Both the position numbers and the translations under genes were made by a program. A stretch of 64,000 nucleotides of DNA from a virus, in the IMG/VR virus record IMGVR_UViG_3300042691_046823; one strand, written 5' to 3'. How positions within the stretch are numbered: position 1 is the first letter of the stretch; each line of letters starts with the position of its first letter. Positions 1 through 8,700 of the stretch are shown one piece after another. The notes beneath the pieces are model-generated. The model made no database searches, was not told where the DNA came from, and saw nothing but the letters and a program-made list of their open reading frames with translations.

Positions 1-60
1 CGATTCGAGGATCCTCGAGATGCAGTGCTGTTCCGATTAAGGTGGACTCATGACACCTAA
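1..60 (+). CDS. 3' end of small hypothetical protein (RFEDPRDAVLFRLRWTHDT*)
   Basis: Open frame from base 1 to TAA 58-60; C-terminal F-x-L-x-W motif shared with other small ORFs in the window. Confidence 0.6.
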   Translation, partial: RFEDPRDAVLFRLRWTHDT

Positions 61-250
61 AGACATCATGGAATTTTTCTCTTTTGAACCCGTGGACGAG
101 GTCACCAGGGCCTTGATGCAACGGCGTTTGCAGATGGATTTCCCCGGTGACTATGAAGTCAGGATCTCGGAGGATCGATCCGGTTTCGAAATCATTTTTG
201 ACTCACCAGAATCGCAGACACTTTGGATGCTAACACATGGACCCCTGTGA
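50..250 (+). CDS. small hypothetical phage protein
   Basis: 66-aa ORF overlapping both neighbours; similar C-terminal motif (FDSPESQTLWMLTHG). Confidence 0.65.
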   Translation: MTPKDIMEFFSFEPVDEVTRALMQRRLQMDFPGDYEVRISEDRSGFEIIFDSPESQTLWMLTHGPL

Positions 251-572
251 CGAACCTGAAATTTGGCGTGTCTTGCGTGGCCAACAAAAGGTAGTGATCA
301 ACACCTGTCACGGCGGGTTCGGTCTCAGCCGAGATGCCTGGGTGGTATATTGCATGAGGCATGGATGGGATCCCGATGATCAAAATCTACATGATCGAAT
401 GTTACAACGCGATGATCCCGATCTCGTGGCAGTGATCGAAGACCTGGGCACGGCTGCCGATGGCGAGTTTGCCCAACTCAAGATAGTAAAAGTACCCAGA
501 GAAGTGTCTTGGGTGATCGAAGAGTATGATGGCATGGAATGGGTAGCCGAACGGCATAGGACTTGGCGCTGA
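237..572 (+). CDS. conserved hypothetical phage protein
   Basis: KVVINxCHGGFGLS, RDDPDLVAVIEDLG and IEEYDGxEWVAE motifs, recognised as a common phage family. Confidence 0.8.
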   Translation: MDPCDEPEIWRVLRGQQKVVINTCHGGFGLSRDAWVVYCMRHGWDPDDQNLHDRMLQRDDPDLVAVIEDLGTAADGEFAQLKIVKVPREVSWVIEEYDGMEWVAERHRTWR

Positions 573-575
573 ATC

Positions 576-1001
576 ATGCTAAAATACTGTATGAAATCTT
601 TTGTGTTTGCGTTTTTCTTGATCCTGGCCATGCCTGCCAGTGCCCAGACTTGGTTGCATGTGTATGGACTCAGCAAACATGAGTCCTCGGGATACCAAGA
701 AATCAACACTGGCATTGGTATCGAACGCCAATTTACCGATGATTGGACCTGGGCCATAGGAACTTATCGCAACAGCATATATCGGCAGAGCGTGATCGGT
801 ATGGCGAAATATCAGTGGTATCAGCAGGGTGATTTCAGTATCAACATCCAGATGGGTGTGGTCACTGGTTATCGCAGATATGCCGTGGCGCCTGTGATCT
901 TGCCCGAAACCTGCTGGTCATGGATCTGTGGCATGTTCGTGCCCAGGATAGAAAATGAAACTCGGGCCGCTGTGGCCGTTTATTTGAGGATACCGCTATG
1001 A
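576..1001 (+). CDS. exported beta-barrel protein, PagP-like (lipid A palmitoyltransferase-like)
   Basis: Signal peptide ending ASA-Q; SKH, NTGIGIE, YRNS, GVVTGY motifs; amphipathic C-terminal strand. Confidence 0.55.
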   Translation: MLKYCMKSFVFAFFLILAMPASAQTWLHVYGLSKHESSGYQEINTGIGIERQFTDDWTWAIGTYRNSIYRQSVIGMAKYQWYQQGDFSINIQMGVVTGYRRYAVAPVILPETCWSWICGMFVPRIENETRAAVAVYLRIPL

Positions 1002-1209
1002 AATGGTTTGATCAGTGGTTCGCCCGCAAGTAGACTTAGCTGAAAAATCCATAAGTCCACGGATGCGGTTCCTTGCGTTTATACTCGCTTTCGTCGCTGG
1101 CACATCTTCGGCCAACGCCGGTGATGTCATGGTCTATAATAGCAGCCGATAATAAATATAAAATGTACAGAGACAGCCATGACCACACAACTATGCATGA
1201 GAAACTACA

Positions 1210-2829
1210 TTGACATCGCTGAGTACAATAACGAAACTTAGCATGCATTCAACACTAAATCATTATGACTTTAAAGAAATAATATACCTTAAAAAGTTTT
1301 TATTTCTTCCAAGCTCGAGCTTGTATAAAACTCTCAAACAACATTATAAAAGCGAGTATGCGCCAAATGAAAGAATAGTGTTGGCATTCCAAGGCCAAAT
1401 TCCATACGACTTATTGGCTCATCTTCAACGAGTAGTTCAGCAATTAGACATTACAAATTTTTTTATAGTGTTGTGTAATACTGATAGCAAAACTCAGGAA
1501 ACACTAAATCTTGTTCACGGAAAATACAGCTCCGATCCAACAAAAATTGAATTATGTGCCATAGAAATCGACGACAACCATCAGCTTGAGGGAATTATAA
1601 ATCATCGCCCTTTGTTAAATCCACCGGAAACGATGTGTATGTACCCGTGGAATAATTTAGAATTCAAACCAAACGGGACGGTCAGACCTTGTTGTCTATA
1701 CGCTGAGCCAATTGTCGACTCAAGTGGAAAACAATTTAATATGACAAATAAAAAATCATTTTCAGTTGATGACATTTATCTTTCTCCGGCAATGAAAACC
1801 CTAAGGCAGAATTTTCGAGATGGGATTAAACCAAATGGATGTAAAAAATGCTGGAAGGAGGAGGACGCAGGTAAAAAAAGCGACAGGATGTTGTATAATT
1901 GGGTCCTAAGAGATCAACTATACAATATTGATTATGAATCAGAACAAATAGAAAATATCACTTCAATAGATCTTAAATTAGGAAACTTATGTAATTTAAG
2001 TTGTAGAATTTGTGATGACCAGAGTAGTTCAACATGGGCAACAGAAACATTGTCTAATTTACCCGTCCTAACCGAAAAGAAAAAACACCCAGCATATATT
2101 TCTTTACGCCAGGGAGAATGGCCAAAAACTCAACTGTCTTTTTGGGACGAGTTTGTTAAACTTCTTCCAAATTTAATTTATTGCCAATTTGCTGGAGGAG
2201 AGCCGTTGATGCTTCCTTATCAATTTGATGTGCTACGAAAAGCTATAGAATTAGATTGCGCAAAAAATATAACTCTACGTTATAATACCAACGGAACCCA
2301 GTGCCCGGATGCAATTTTTGATTTATGGCGGGAATTCAAATTAGTGCATCTTGATGTTAGCATAGACGATGTCGGAGATCGATTTGAATATCAACGCAAC
2401 GGTGCTTCCTGGAACCAAGTTATAAAAAACATTCGGCGATTTAATCAAGAAAGAAGACCAAATTTTAAAACACAAGTCAGCACAGCGGTAAACATTATGA
2501 ATGTGTTATATTTGCCAGAAATCTGTGAATGGTATAATTCAGAAAATTTTGATAGTTGGTGGATCAATGTTGTCTGGACTCCAACTCAGTTTTGCATTAC
2601 GAACATGACACAATCGGCCAGAGACTTGGTATTAGACCGACTTACAAAATATAATTTTGGAGAACATCAAAGTCAACTCGATGTGATTATATCGATAATA
2701 CAAAATAGTGATTCTAAAAACAATACTGGGTTTATCAACACTATAAAGGAGATTGACTCGATTAGAGATCAAGATCTTCGATTGGCACACCAAGAGATTG
2801 CTTATGCCATGGGGCATGTGTTTACCTAA
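1210..2829 (+). CDS. radical SAM protein with Cys-rich twitch/SPASM-like region and an N-terminal extension
   Basis: CNLSCRIC, GGEP, YNTNGT, SID motifs; CMYPW..PCC..CKKCW; visibly AT-richer than its flanks; exact start uncertain. Confidence 0.9.
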   Translation: MTSLSTITKLSMHSTLNHYDFKEIIYLKKFLFLPSSSLYKTLKQHYKSEYAPNERIVLAFQGQIPYDLLAHLQRVVQQLDITNFFIVLCNTDSKTQETLNLVHGKYSSDPTKIELCAIEIDDNHQLEGIINHRPLLNPPETMCMYPWNNLEFKPNGTVRPCCLYAEPIVDSSGKQFNMTNKKSFSVDDIYLSPAMKTLRQNFRDGIKPNGCKKCWKEEDAGKKSDRMLYNWVLRDQLYNIDYESEQIENITSIDLKLGNLCNLSCRICDDQSSSTWATETLSNLPVLTEKKKHPAYISLRQGEWPKTQLSFWDEFVKLLPNLIYCQFAGGEPLMLPYQFDVLRKAIELDCAKNITLRYNTNGTQCPDAIFDLWREFKLVHLDVSIDDVGDRFEYQRNGASWNQVIKNIRRFNQERRPNFKTQVSTAVNIMNVLYLPEICEWYNSENFDSWWINVVWTPTQFCITNMTQSARDLVLDRLTKYNFGEHQSQLDVIISIIQNSDSKNNTGFINTIKEIDSIRDQDLRLAHQEIAYAMGHVFT

Positions 2830-2862
2830 CACTTATGAGTCTATTCTGGATTGGAGGATGTG

Positions 2863-3024
2863 ATGTCCTGGATCTTTGTTATGTTCATGAATGGTTGGAT
2901 CATAGATGTTGACGCTTTTGTCTCGCAGGTACAATGTGAAGACAGGGTGCGTATCTATAACGCCGCGGCCCGGCAGAGTGGTAGCCAATATCTGGTCTGG
3001 TGCGAAGCGAGGCCACGAGCATGA
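2863..3024 (+). CDS. small hypothetical protein (53 aa, MSWIFVMFMNGW...)
   Basis: GGAGG Shine-Dalgarno; ATGA overlap with the next gene. Confidence 0.6.
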   Translation: MSWIFVMFMNGWIIDVDAFVSQVQCEDRVRIYNAAARQSGSQYLVWCEARPRA

Positions 3025-3365
3025 TCCGTATGTGGCAAGAGTTGACTGGGCAGGATCGCACTCAGGTGCTGTGGACCTTGGTCATGGTCTTGGTGGCCAC
3101 CATCGTGGTATTGTATGCCATAGCTGCCAGCCGCGGACAGGATGTGGATTATTTCAAGACCCGATTGGGACTCATGGAACAGCGGCTCAACAACATGGAT
3201 CAAAAGATCGACCGTGTGGCCCAGGGCCAGCACGATCAGAAAGAACATCACGCAGAACTTCGCAGACTGCATGAAGCACAGCAACGACTGGTAGAAGATC
3301 AGCAGCGTTGGATCGAGCACTGGAAAAACTTACCACAACTCCCTAAACCAGCAACCAAGAGGTAA
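3021..3365 (+). CDS. membrane-anchored coiled-coil protein
   Basis: One hydrophobic segment followed by a heptad-rich region. Confidence 0.7.
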   Translation: MIRMWQELTGQDRTQVLWTLVMVLVATIVVLYAIAASRGQDVDYFKTRLGLMEQRLNNMDQKIDRVAQGQHDQKEHHAELRRLHEAQQRLVEDQQRWIEHWKNLPQLPKPATKR

Positions 3366-3367
3366 TC

Positions 3368-3883
3368 ATGGAAAAGTTATATCGCATCACACCACTGGAG
3401 AAAAAATCCGTGGAGTATTTCGTAGATGTATTTGAACGGCTGCCCGATGGCCGTATCCGCGGGTTTGATGTCACAGAAACCTGGCGATGGGGTTTCGGAT
3501 TCCGCGAGGAAGACGATCCTGTATGGAAGTTTGAAGCCGAAGGCCGTGTTAACTGCCGTCCTGAAACAGGCTGGGGTTGCGAACTGGATGATTTGATATC
3601 TGTGTATGTGAATTTTGGATGTTGGGACATGGATGGCAACATTTACGAGGATGGGTTTACAGACGAAGAAAAGGCCCAGATCGAAGCCATCTTGCGTGGG
3701 GAAGAAGAAGATGAAGATGGCCGCTGGGGCACTGCCTGGTTGTATGATGGTGATCATGCCTGGGAGATAGAAGACGATCATGTGTGTATTCTCGGTCCTG
3801 TGAAGATAGATTTGGTAGATGCTGATGGCTATGGGGATTCGGCCATCCTGGAAGAAAATGTCCAGCCTTACAACCAAGATTGA
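3368..3883 (+). CDS. acidic hypothetical protein
   Basis: GAGG SD; 171-aa ORF in operon. Confidence 0.8.
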   Translation: MEKLYRITPLEKKSVEYFVDVFERLPDGRIRGFDVTETWRWGFGFREEDDPVWKFEAEGRVNCRPETGWGCELDDLISVYVNFGCWDMDGNIYEDGFTDEEKAQIEAILRGEEEDEDGRWGTAWLYDGDHAWEIEDDHVCILGPVKIDLVDADGYGDSAILEENVQPYNQD

Positions 3884-4253
3884 TCGCACTCACAACCTTG
3901 ACATGGATGTGTGCCAATGCAACTGGTTGGTAGAGAAAATACGCCAGGATGATGCTTATGCCCAGAACTTTTATGCGGCCCTGTGTAATCAGGCATGGTA
4001 TGAAAAGGATGCCTGGGAAATCTTACAAAATCGAACTTGGTCCTGTTCCTGGCGTGGAGCCGGAGGCATCGTGGCCGACATCCGCGGATCGGGCGACTAC
4101 ATGGATTGGTATTGCTCGGGCATGATGACCAGTCATCCCAGTGATTATGTTGAAACTTTGACCGAACGCCGGTACGTCAGTGAAGGCACAGTGGCCACAC
4201 AAATCCGGGAAGATCTTGCCTGTCTGGGCTGGTATCCAGTGGTTGACCAATAA
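3858..4253 (+). CDS. conserved hypothetical phage protein
   Basis: YAQNFYAALCN, WSCSWRGAGGIVAD and GDYMDWYCSG motifs. Confidence 0.8.
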   Translation: MSSLTTKIDRTHNLDMDVCQCNWLVEKIRQDDAYAQNFYAALCNQAWYEKDAWEILQNRTWSCSWRGAGGIVADIRGSGDYMDWYCSGMMTSHPSDYVETLTERRYVSEGTVATQIREDLACLGWYPVVDQ

Positions 4254-4272
4254 TTCCAGAATCTGCTATAAT
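4243..4272 (+). promoter_or_regulatory. sigma70-type early promoter
   Basis: TTGACC-18 nt-TATAAT with extended -10 TG; same motif recurs across the window. Confidence 0.8.
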
Positions 4273-4304
4273 TAGGTATCGTTGCAATTATAGGAGCATC
4301 ACTG

Positions 4305-4562
4305 ATGAATATACGTGGTTATCTACGCTGGCAGTTTGAAGGCACGCTGTCCAGTCCTTGTTTTTATGGTTTCTGTCTTACTATGTTAGGAGCCATTGCC
4401 CTTTTTTTTGGTTGTCCAGCACCATGGCCCATGATCACGAGCCTCACAGGTCTGGCTATCGTGGTGATCGATTCAGCCAGGTCCTGGATTAGATTCAGTT
4501 ACAGTATCTACGACTTGGAACAGAAACAGATCGAACGCGAACTCAAAAGGAAATCTCAATGA
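4305..4562 (+). CDS. small membrane protein
   Basis: AGGAG SD; two hydrophobic segments. Confidence 0.7.
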   Translation: MNIRGYLRWQFEGTLSSPCFYGFCLTMLGAIALFFGCPAPWPMITSLTGLAIVVIDSARSWIRFSYSIYDLEQKQIERELKRKSQ

Positions 4563-4711
4563 AAATTCTCTCTATCTTGATCGCTGGCGCGGCTGGCGCC
4601 ATGATGGCTCTTACCTGGAATACTACAGAAGCCATGGCCTGGGCTGTGGCTTTCGCTGGCTGGGTACCGCATTGTTTTGCAGACAGCGAGGTAGCACATG
4701 GCAACTCGTAA
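4559..4711 (+). CDS. small hydrophobic protein (50 aa)
   Basis: ATGA coupling to the previous gene; AGGA SD. Confidence 0.55.
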   Translation: MKILSILIAGAAGAMMALTWNTTEAMAWAVAFAGWVPHCFADSEVAHGNS

Positions 4712-5633
4712 ACAAAAAGAAGATCTCGTCAAGGCGTTAAAATTTACACCCCGAGACATCACTATCAGCCTTTCGGGGTACGGTGGTGAGATCGTGCTGG
4801 GCCGGATCACAGAAGAGCAACACGACTTCTGGAAAGATAGAGATGACCTTTCAGATTTTATCTATGACTGGGATAACGAGATGGATGTGCCCGCTGATAT
4901 GAAGTTCTGTACCGACGGTGCATGGCACGATGTGGATGATCTCTGTCATGAGTCCGGCTGTGAAGCATCAGACTGCTGTACCATCACTGTGTATGATGAG
5001 TTGGAAGGTCAAGATCTCTGGGAATCAAATCTCGACATTGACAATCTCGAAGACCAAGGAGTCAATATCAGTAGCCATTGGCATTGCCGCCCTGAAGACG
5101 ATCAACCCAACGGAACCTGTGTTTTCTTAGGTCAGAACTTTGAAAAGGGTACGTTTTTTTCAGGTAGCATCCGCATCACCCAACCTTTTGATCACAAGAA
5201 ATTGAGCGTGAGTTGGAACGACTGCGATGGCTGGCGACTGATTGGTGGTGTTGAGTACGACGGCGAAGACGTAGAAGGATTTGATGGTTATTCAACCACA
5301 GGCAAGAGCATGGATTTCAAAGTATATCGTGTAGAAAACGACAACGCAGAATTGGATACTGCTTCGGAAATGGACAAGATCGAAGTGCCTGTGCTGGAAG
5401 GTGAAGAAGAGTGGGCGCAGAGAGTCATCGATGAAAGCCAACTGAGTCCGTGGTATGCCGCTGACCTAAATCCGGTACGCAAAGGCGTTTACGAAGTAGA
5501 ATACAAGACTGGATCATGGCCTTGGCCCATGACAGCACACATTGAATGGACTGGCCGAAAATGGAAGTATGATCGATCAGAGAACACAGAAATAAAAAGA
5601 TGGCGTGGATTGAATTACGATCCTGCCGAATAA
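4698..5633 (+). CDS. acidic hypothetical protein
   Basis: GAGG SD; 311 aa; C-terminal PVRKGVYEV...WRGL module. Confidence 0.8.
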   Translation: MATRKQKEDLVKALKFTPRDITISLSGYGGEIVLGRITEEQHDFWKDRDDLSDFIYDWDNEMDVPADMKFCTDGAWHDVDDLCHESGCEASDCCTITVYDELEGQDLWESNLDIDNLEDQGVNISSHWHCRPEDDQPNGTCVFLGQNFEKGTFFSGSIRITQPFDHKKLSVSWNDCDGWRLIGGVEYDGEDVEGFDGYSTTGKSMDFKVYRVENDNAELDTASEMDKIEVPVLEGEEEWAQRVIDESQLSPWYAADLNPVRKGVYEVEYKTGSWPWPMTAHIEWTGRKWKYDRSENTEIKRWRGLNYDPAE

Positions 5634-5640
5634 AGCACAT

Positions 5641-5882
5641 GCCGCGTAGCAACGGCTACTCTGACCCAGAGGATGAAGTGGTGTAGCAGCCACGGGTGGT
5701 TCCAGTCCGACCTAACTGGCGTTGGCAATACGACAACGGACCCTGCCGAGGAGCGGAGGCTTATCACTGTCTTAGATGTGCCTGCTGAGGGACTGCGATG
5801 TCGATGGACAGAGCAGGTAGCAAACCAACCAGGACGCAGTGGAGTGTAAAACACCGCCGGGGGTCGTCAGAGCAGTTTTTTT
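5641..5882 (+). ncRNA. candidate structured ncRNA of unknown family
   Basis: Intergenic; closing helix CTACTCTGAC 5656-5665 / GTCAGAGCAG 5866-5875 followed by a T-run; several internal hairpins. Confidence 0.55.
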
Positions 5883-5897
5883 ATACAGGAGATCACA

Positions 5898-6230
5898 ATG
5901 AAAAATTTATTCTTAATCTGTGTAATGATTCCCTGTTTGGTCTGGGCCCAATCACCACGCTATGCCAGCAGATCCTCGGCCGATGAAGCCTTTGAGGCAC
6001 GCCCCAAAGAAACGCCCAGTGTGATCCGATGGATCGTGGTCGACGATCCTGATGCAGAATGCCGGGCAGGTCTCAAAGCCGGCAACCAATTTGCAGAACG
6101 GCGCGGTGCGATCAAGGCATGCGCCCGATACACATCCAAGACCTGTACCATAATCACCGGAGCCGAAACCAGCCATGCCATATTAGGACACGAGCTACGC
6201 CATTGTTTCGAGGGACGATTCCACGATTGA
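5898..6230 (+). CDS. exported protein with HExxH motif
   Basis: Signal peptide; GHELRHCF; AGGAG SD. Confidence 0.7.
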   Translation: MKNLFLICVMIPCLVWAQSPRYASRSSADEAFEARPKETPSVIRWIVVDDPDAECRAGLKAGNQFAERRGAIKACARYTSKTCTIITGAETSHAILGHELRHCFEGRFHD

Positions 6231-6233
6231 CTC

Positions 6234-6321
6234 ATAGATTTTTCCAATTATCTTCATAAAAAAATATTCAGACAAAATCTATTAAAATCGCTTGATCAAT
6301 AGGTTTTTTCTGCTATATAAT
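6234..6321 (+). promoter_or_regulatory. ahpC promoter with OxyR/LysR-like binding site
   Basis: ATAG-N7-CAAT-N7-ATAA ... TCAG-N7-CTAT upstream of TTGATC-18-TATAAT. Confidence 0.55.
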
Positions 6322-6367
6322 ATCGTTATGTTGCTCAGCAACATCTTTCAAACTTCAAGGAGAAAAA

Positions 6368-6928
6368 ATGAAAACAGTAGGAGATAAACTCACCCCGTTC
6401 GCCGTCACTGGTGTAAACCCAGGCAAGGACGATTTCTTTACCATCGATGAAAAGTCATTTCCAGGCAAATGGAAAGTCATCGTTTACTATCCCAAAGACT
6501 TTACTTTTGTATGCCCCACAGAGATCGTAGCCTACGATAAGTTATTCCAAGACTTTGCTGATCGCGATGCAGTATTGCTCACAGGTAGCACAGACAATGA
6601 GTTCTGTAAACTGGCATGGCAAGCCGCGCATGAGGATCTCAAGAAGATCAAGCATATCCAATTCGCTGACACACAGCGCCCATCCTACAGCGTCAAAGAG
6701 GGCGAGCAGAATCTGAGCCTGGTAGAACAACTGGGTGTGTTTTTCCATCCAGCAGGTGCCGCACTTCGCGCAACATTCATCGTCGACCCGGACAATGTTA
6801 TCCAGCATGTCACTGTAAACAACTTGAACGTGGGTCGTAGTCCAGAAGAAACACTTCGTGTCTTGGATGCGCTACAAACCGGCGAGAAGTGCGCATGTAA
6901 CCGCGCTGTTGGTGGGGAGACTTTGTGA
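6368..6928 (+). CDS. ahpC: peroxiredoxin, alkyl hydroperoxide reductase C
   Basis: YPKDFTFVCPTE peroxidatic motif, RATFIVDP, GRSPEETLRVLDALQTG. Confidence 0.97.
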   Translation: MKTVGDKLTPFAVTGVNPGKDDFFTIDEKSFPGKWKVIVYYPKDFTFVCPTEIVAYDKLFQDFADRDAVLLTGSTDNEFCKLAWQAAHEDLKKIKHIQFADTQRPSYSVKEGEQNLSLVEQLGVFFHPAGAALRATFIVDPDNVIQHVTVNNLNVGRSPEETLRVLDALQTGEKCACNRAVGGETL

Positions 6929-7029
6929 TGCCTTCAGACAAATGTGTTGAGCAGGCTCGCGCACGCGGTGCCTTGATCTGGATTTGTGGTGTGGCTGTTA
7001 TTGCCGCGTTCATCATAGTGAACCTTTAA
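6928..7029 (+). CDS. 33-aa membrane peptide between ahpC and ahpD
   Basis: TGATG coupling to ahpC; hydrophobic C-terminal half. Confidence 0.45.
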   Translation: MPSDKCVEQARARGALIWICGVAVIAAFIIVNL

Positions 7030-7040
7030 GGAGGCCACCA

Positions 7041-7556
7041 ATGACTGCCTGGGTTGACACTCTCAAAGAAGGCATGCCCGACTATGCCAAGGACACGCGG
7101 CTAAACATTGACGCTGTGATCAAGCGAAGCACCCTGCCCACGGAAGAAGCAGAAGCCATTGCCTTGGCCGCGGCTTTTGCCACGGGTAACACAAAACTGT
7201 GGACTTGGATGCAGAGCCAACTCACAGATCAACGGGAAGCCGAAGCAGCCATCACAGCGGCCAGCCTCATGGCCATGAACAATGTATGGTATCCTTATGT
7301 TGAAATGGCCGAAGATCCCAATCTCAGCGGGTTGCCACCGCAATTGCGCATGAATGCCATAACCTCCCATGGAGGTACAACCAAAGCCAGATTTGAAGCC
7401 TATGCACTGGCAGCTTCTATCGTGGGCAAATGCCATTTCTGCGTGAAAGCGCACTATGAAACGCTGAAAAAAGAAGGTTACTCGGTAGAACAACTACGTG
7501 ATGTAGGGCGCATAGCCTCAGTGATCACAGCAGTTGGTCGAGTGATGGCCAGCTGA
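7041..7556 (+). CDS. ahpD: alkyl hydroperoxide reductase D
   Basis: PDYAKDTRLN, MAMNNVWY, GKCHFCVKAH; AAGGAGG SD. Confidence 0.95.
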   Translation: MTAWVDTLKEGMPDYAKDTRLNIDAVIKRSTLPTEEAEAIALAAAFATGNTKLWTWMQSQLTDQREAEAAITAASLMAMNNVWYPYVEMAEDPNLSGLPPQLRMNAITSHGGTTKARFEAYALAASIVGKCHFCVKAHYETLKKEGYSVEQLRDVGRIASVITAVGRVMAS

Positions 7557-7599
7557 TATCACCAAAATGCACTGCTAACACTTGGTATTAGAATTTAGG

Positions 7600-7654
7600 T
7601 ATAAATATCTATACCAAGTTCTTGGCAGTCCACACTACCGCAACGGTATAAATA
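7600..7654 (+). promoter_or_regulatory. two T4-like late promoter motifs
   Basis: TATAAATA at 7600-7607 and 7647-7654. Confidence 0.5.
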
Positions 7655-7680
7655 ACTTTAGAAGCATTTTGGAGAAATCA

Positions 7681-8700
7681 ATGACCGCACCAAAAAAAAT
7701 CCGCTGGCTGATCGCACATCAACCACAACATCTTTTCGTCCGTACTGCACGAGCCTTCAATGAAGAATTAGAACGCTTGATGCCTGGGCAGTTTGAAGTA
7801 GAAATCCTGACCTACCAAGATTACAAAGATCGCTACGGCGATATTGAGGGTCTTGCAGGGTTAGACGCAGTAGATGAAGCCGGTGATCACAATTGGGAAA
7901 AATACGGCACACTGATGACCCAGGGCATGAACGCATTTTGGCGTGCTATCCAAGATGGGGCATTTGAAATGAGCCAGATCCAGGTAAATCGTGTAGGCGA
8001 GATCAGCAATGATTTCGCGGCCTTGGACCTGCCCTTTTTGTTTGATGATCACGACCATGTCAGTCGAGTAGTGGATGGTGAAATTGGCCGAGAGATGCTG
8101 GCCAAACTGAGCCAAGAATCTGGAGTGCGTGGATTAGCATTCACTTACAGCGGCGGGTATCGAGTGATCGGCAGCAACGAACCTATCACGAGTCTGGATG
8201 ATCTTCAAGCATTCAAGGTGGTGGTAGAAAATGATATTTCAATCCAGCAAACGTTGAATTCGTTAAATGTACCGTCGGTCGTCATGCCGTCGAGCTTGTG
8301 GAAAAAATTTGATCCTATCAACAGCGGCAAGGCAGACGCCATGGAAACCACTTATCTGCGCTTCTATGGCAAGCATGTGCTCAAAACAAATCATAGTGTG
8401 TTCATGACCACAGTTTTGGCCAACAACCATTTCTGGCACAGCCTTGATGAAGACCAACAACAGGCGTTTTTATCAGCGGCCCAATCTACCGCGGCTATAG
8501 AGCGCCGCTGGAGTTTGGAGGATGCCGAAAAGTTCGAACGCGATGCAAAAGCCAATGGCGTGACGATACACGATATGACCGAATCTGACAAACAAAAATT
8601 GCGCAAGCATGCTCGGATCAGTTATGTTGCTGCCACGACCAAGACCAAGAATGGTGTTTCACCTGAATTGGTATCTCGCATCCGCCGTACTGTACACTGA
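7681..8700 (+). CDS. TRAP transporter substrate-binding protein, DctP-like, without signal peptide
   Basis: LDLPFLFDDHDH, GGYRVI, PITSLDDL, FWHSLDEDQQQAF motifs; GGAG SD before ATG 7681. Confidence 0.85.
   Translation: MTAPKKIRWLIAHQPQHLFVRTARAFNEELERLMPGQFEVEILTYQDYKDRYGDIEGLAGLDAVDEAGDHNWEKYGTLMTQGMNAFWRAIQDGAFEMSQIQVNRVGEISNDFAALDLPFLFDDHDHVSRVVDGEIGREMLAKLSQESGVRGLAFTYSGGYRVIGSNEPITSLDDLQAFKVVVENDISIQQTLNSLNVPSVVMPSSLWKKFDPINSGKADAMETTYLRFYGKHVLKTNHSVFMTTVLANNHFWHSLDEDQQQAFLSAAQSTAAIERRWSLEDAEKFERDAKANGVTIHDMTESDKQKLRKHARISYVAATTKTKNGVSPELVSRIRRTVH

Noticed and set aside
998-1060. Possible stop-codon reassignment suggested by the short TAG-ended ORF
   Set aside because: Reading through TAG soon meets TAG and TAA; other genes are intact under the standard code and no suppressor tRNA is present.
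5641-5882. RNase P RNA or hammerhead ribozyme identity for the structured region
   Set aside because: GAGGAAAGTCC and CTGATGA...GAAA core motifs are absent.
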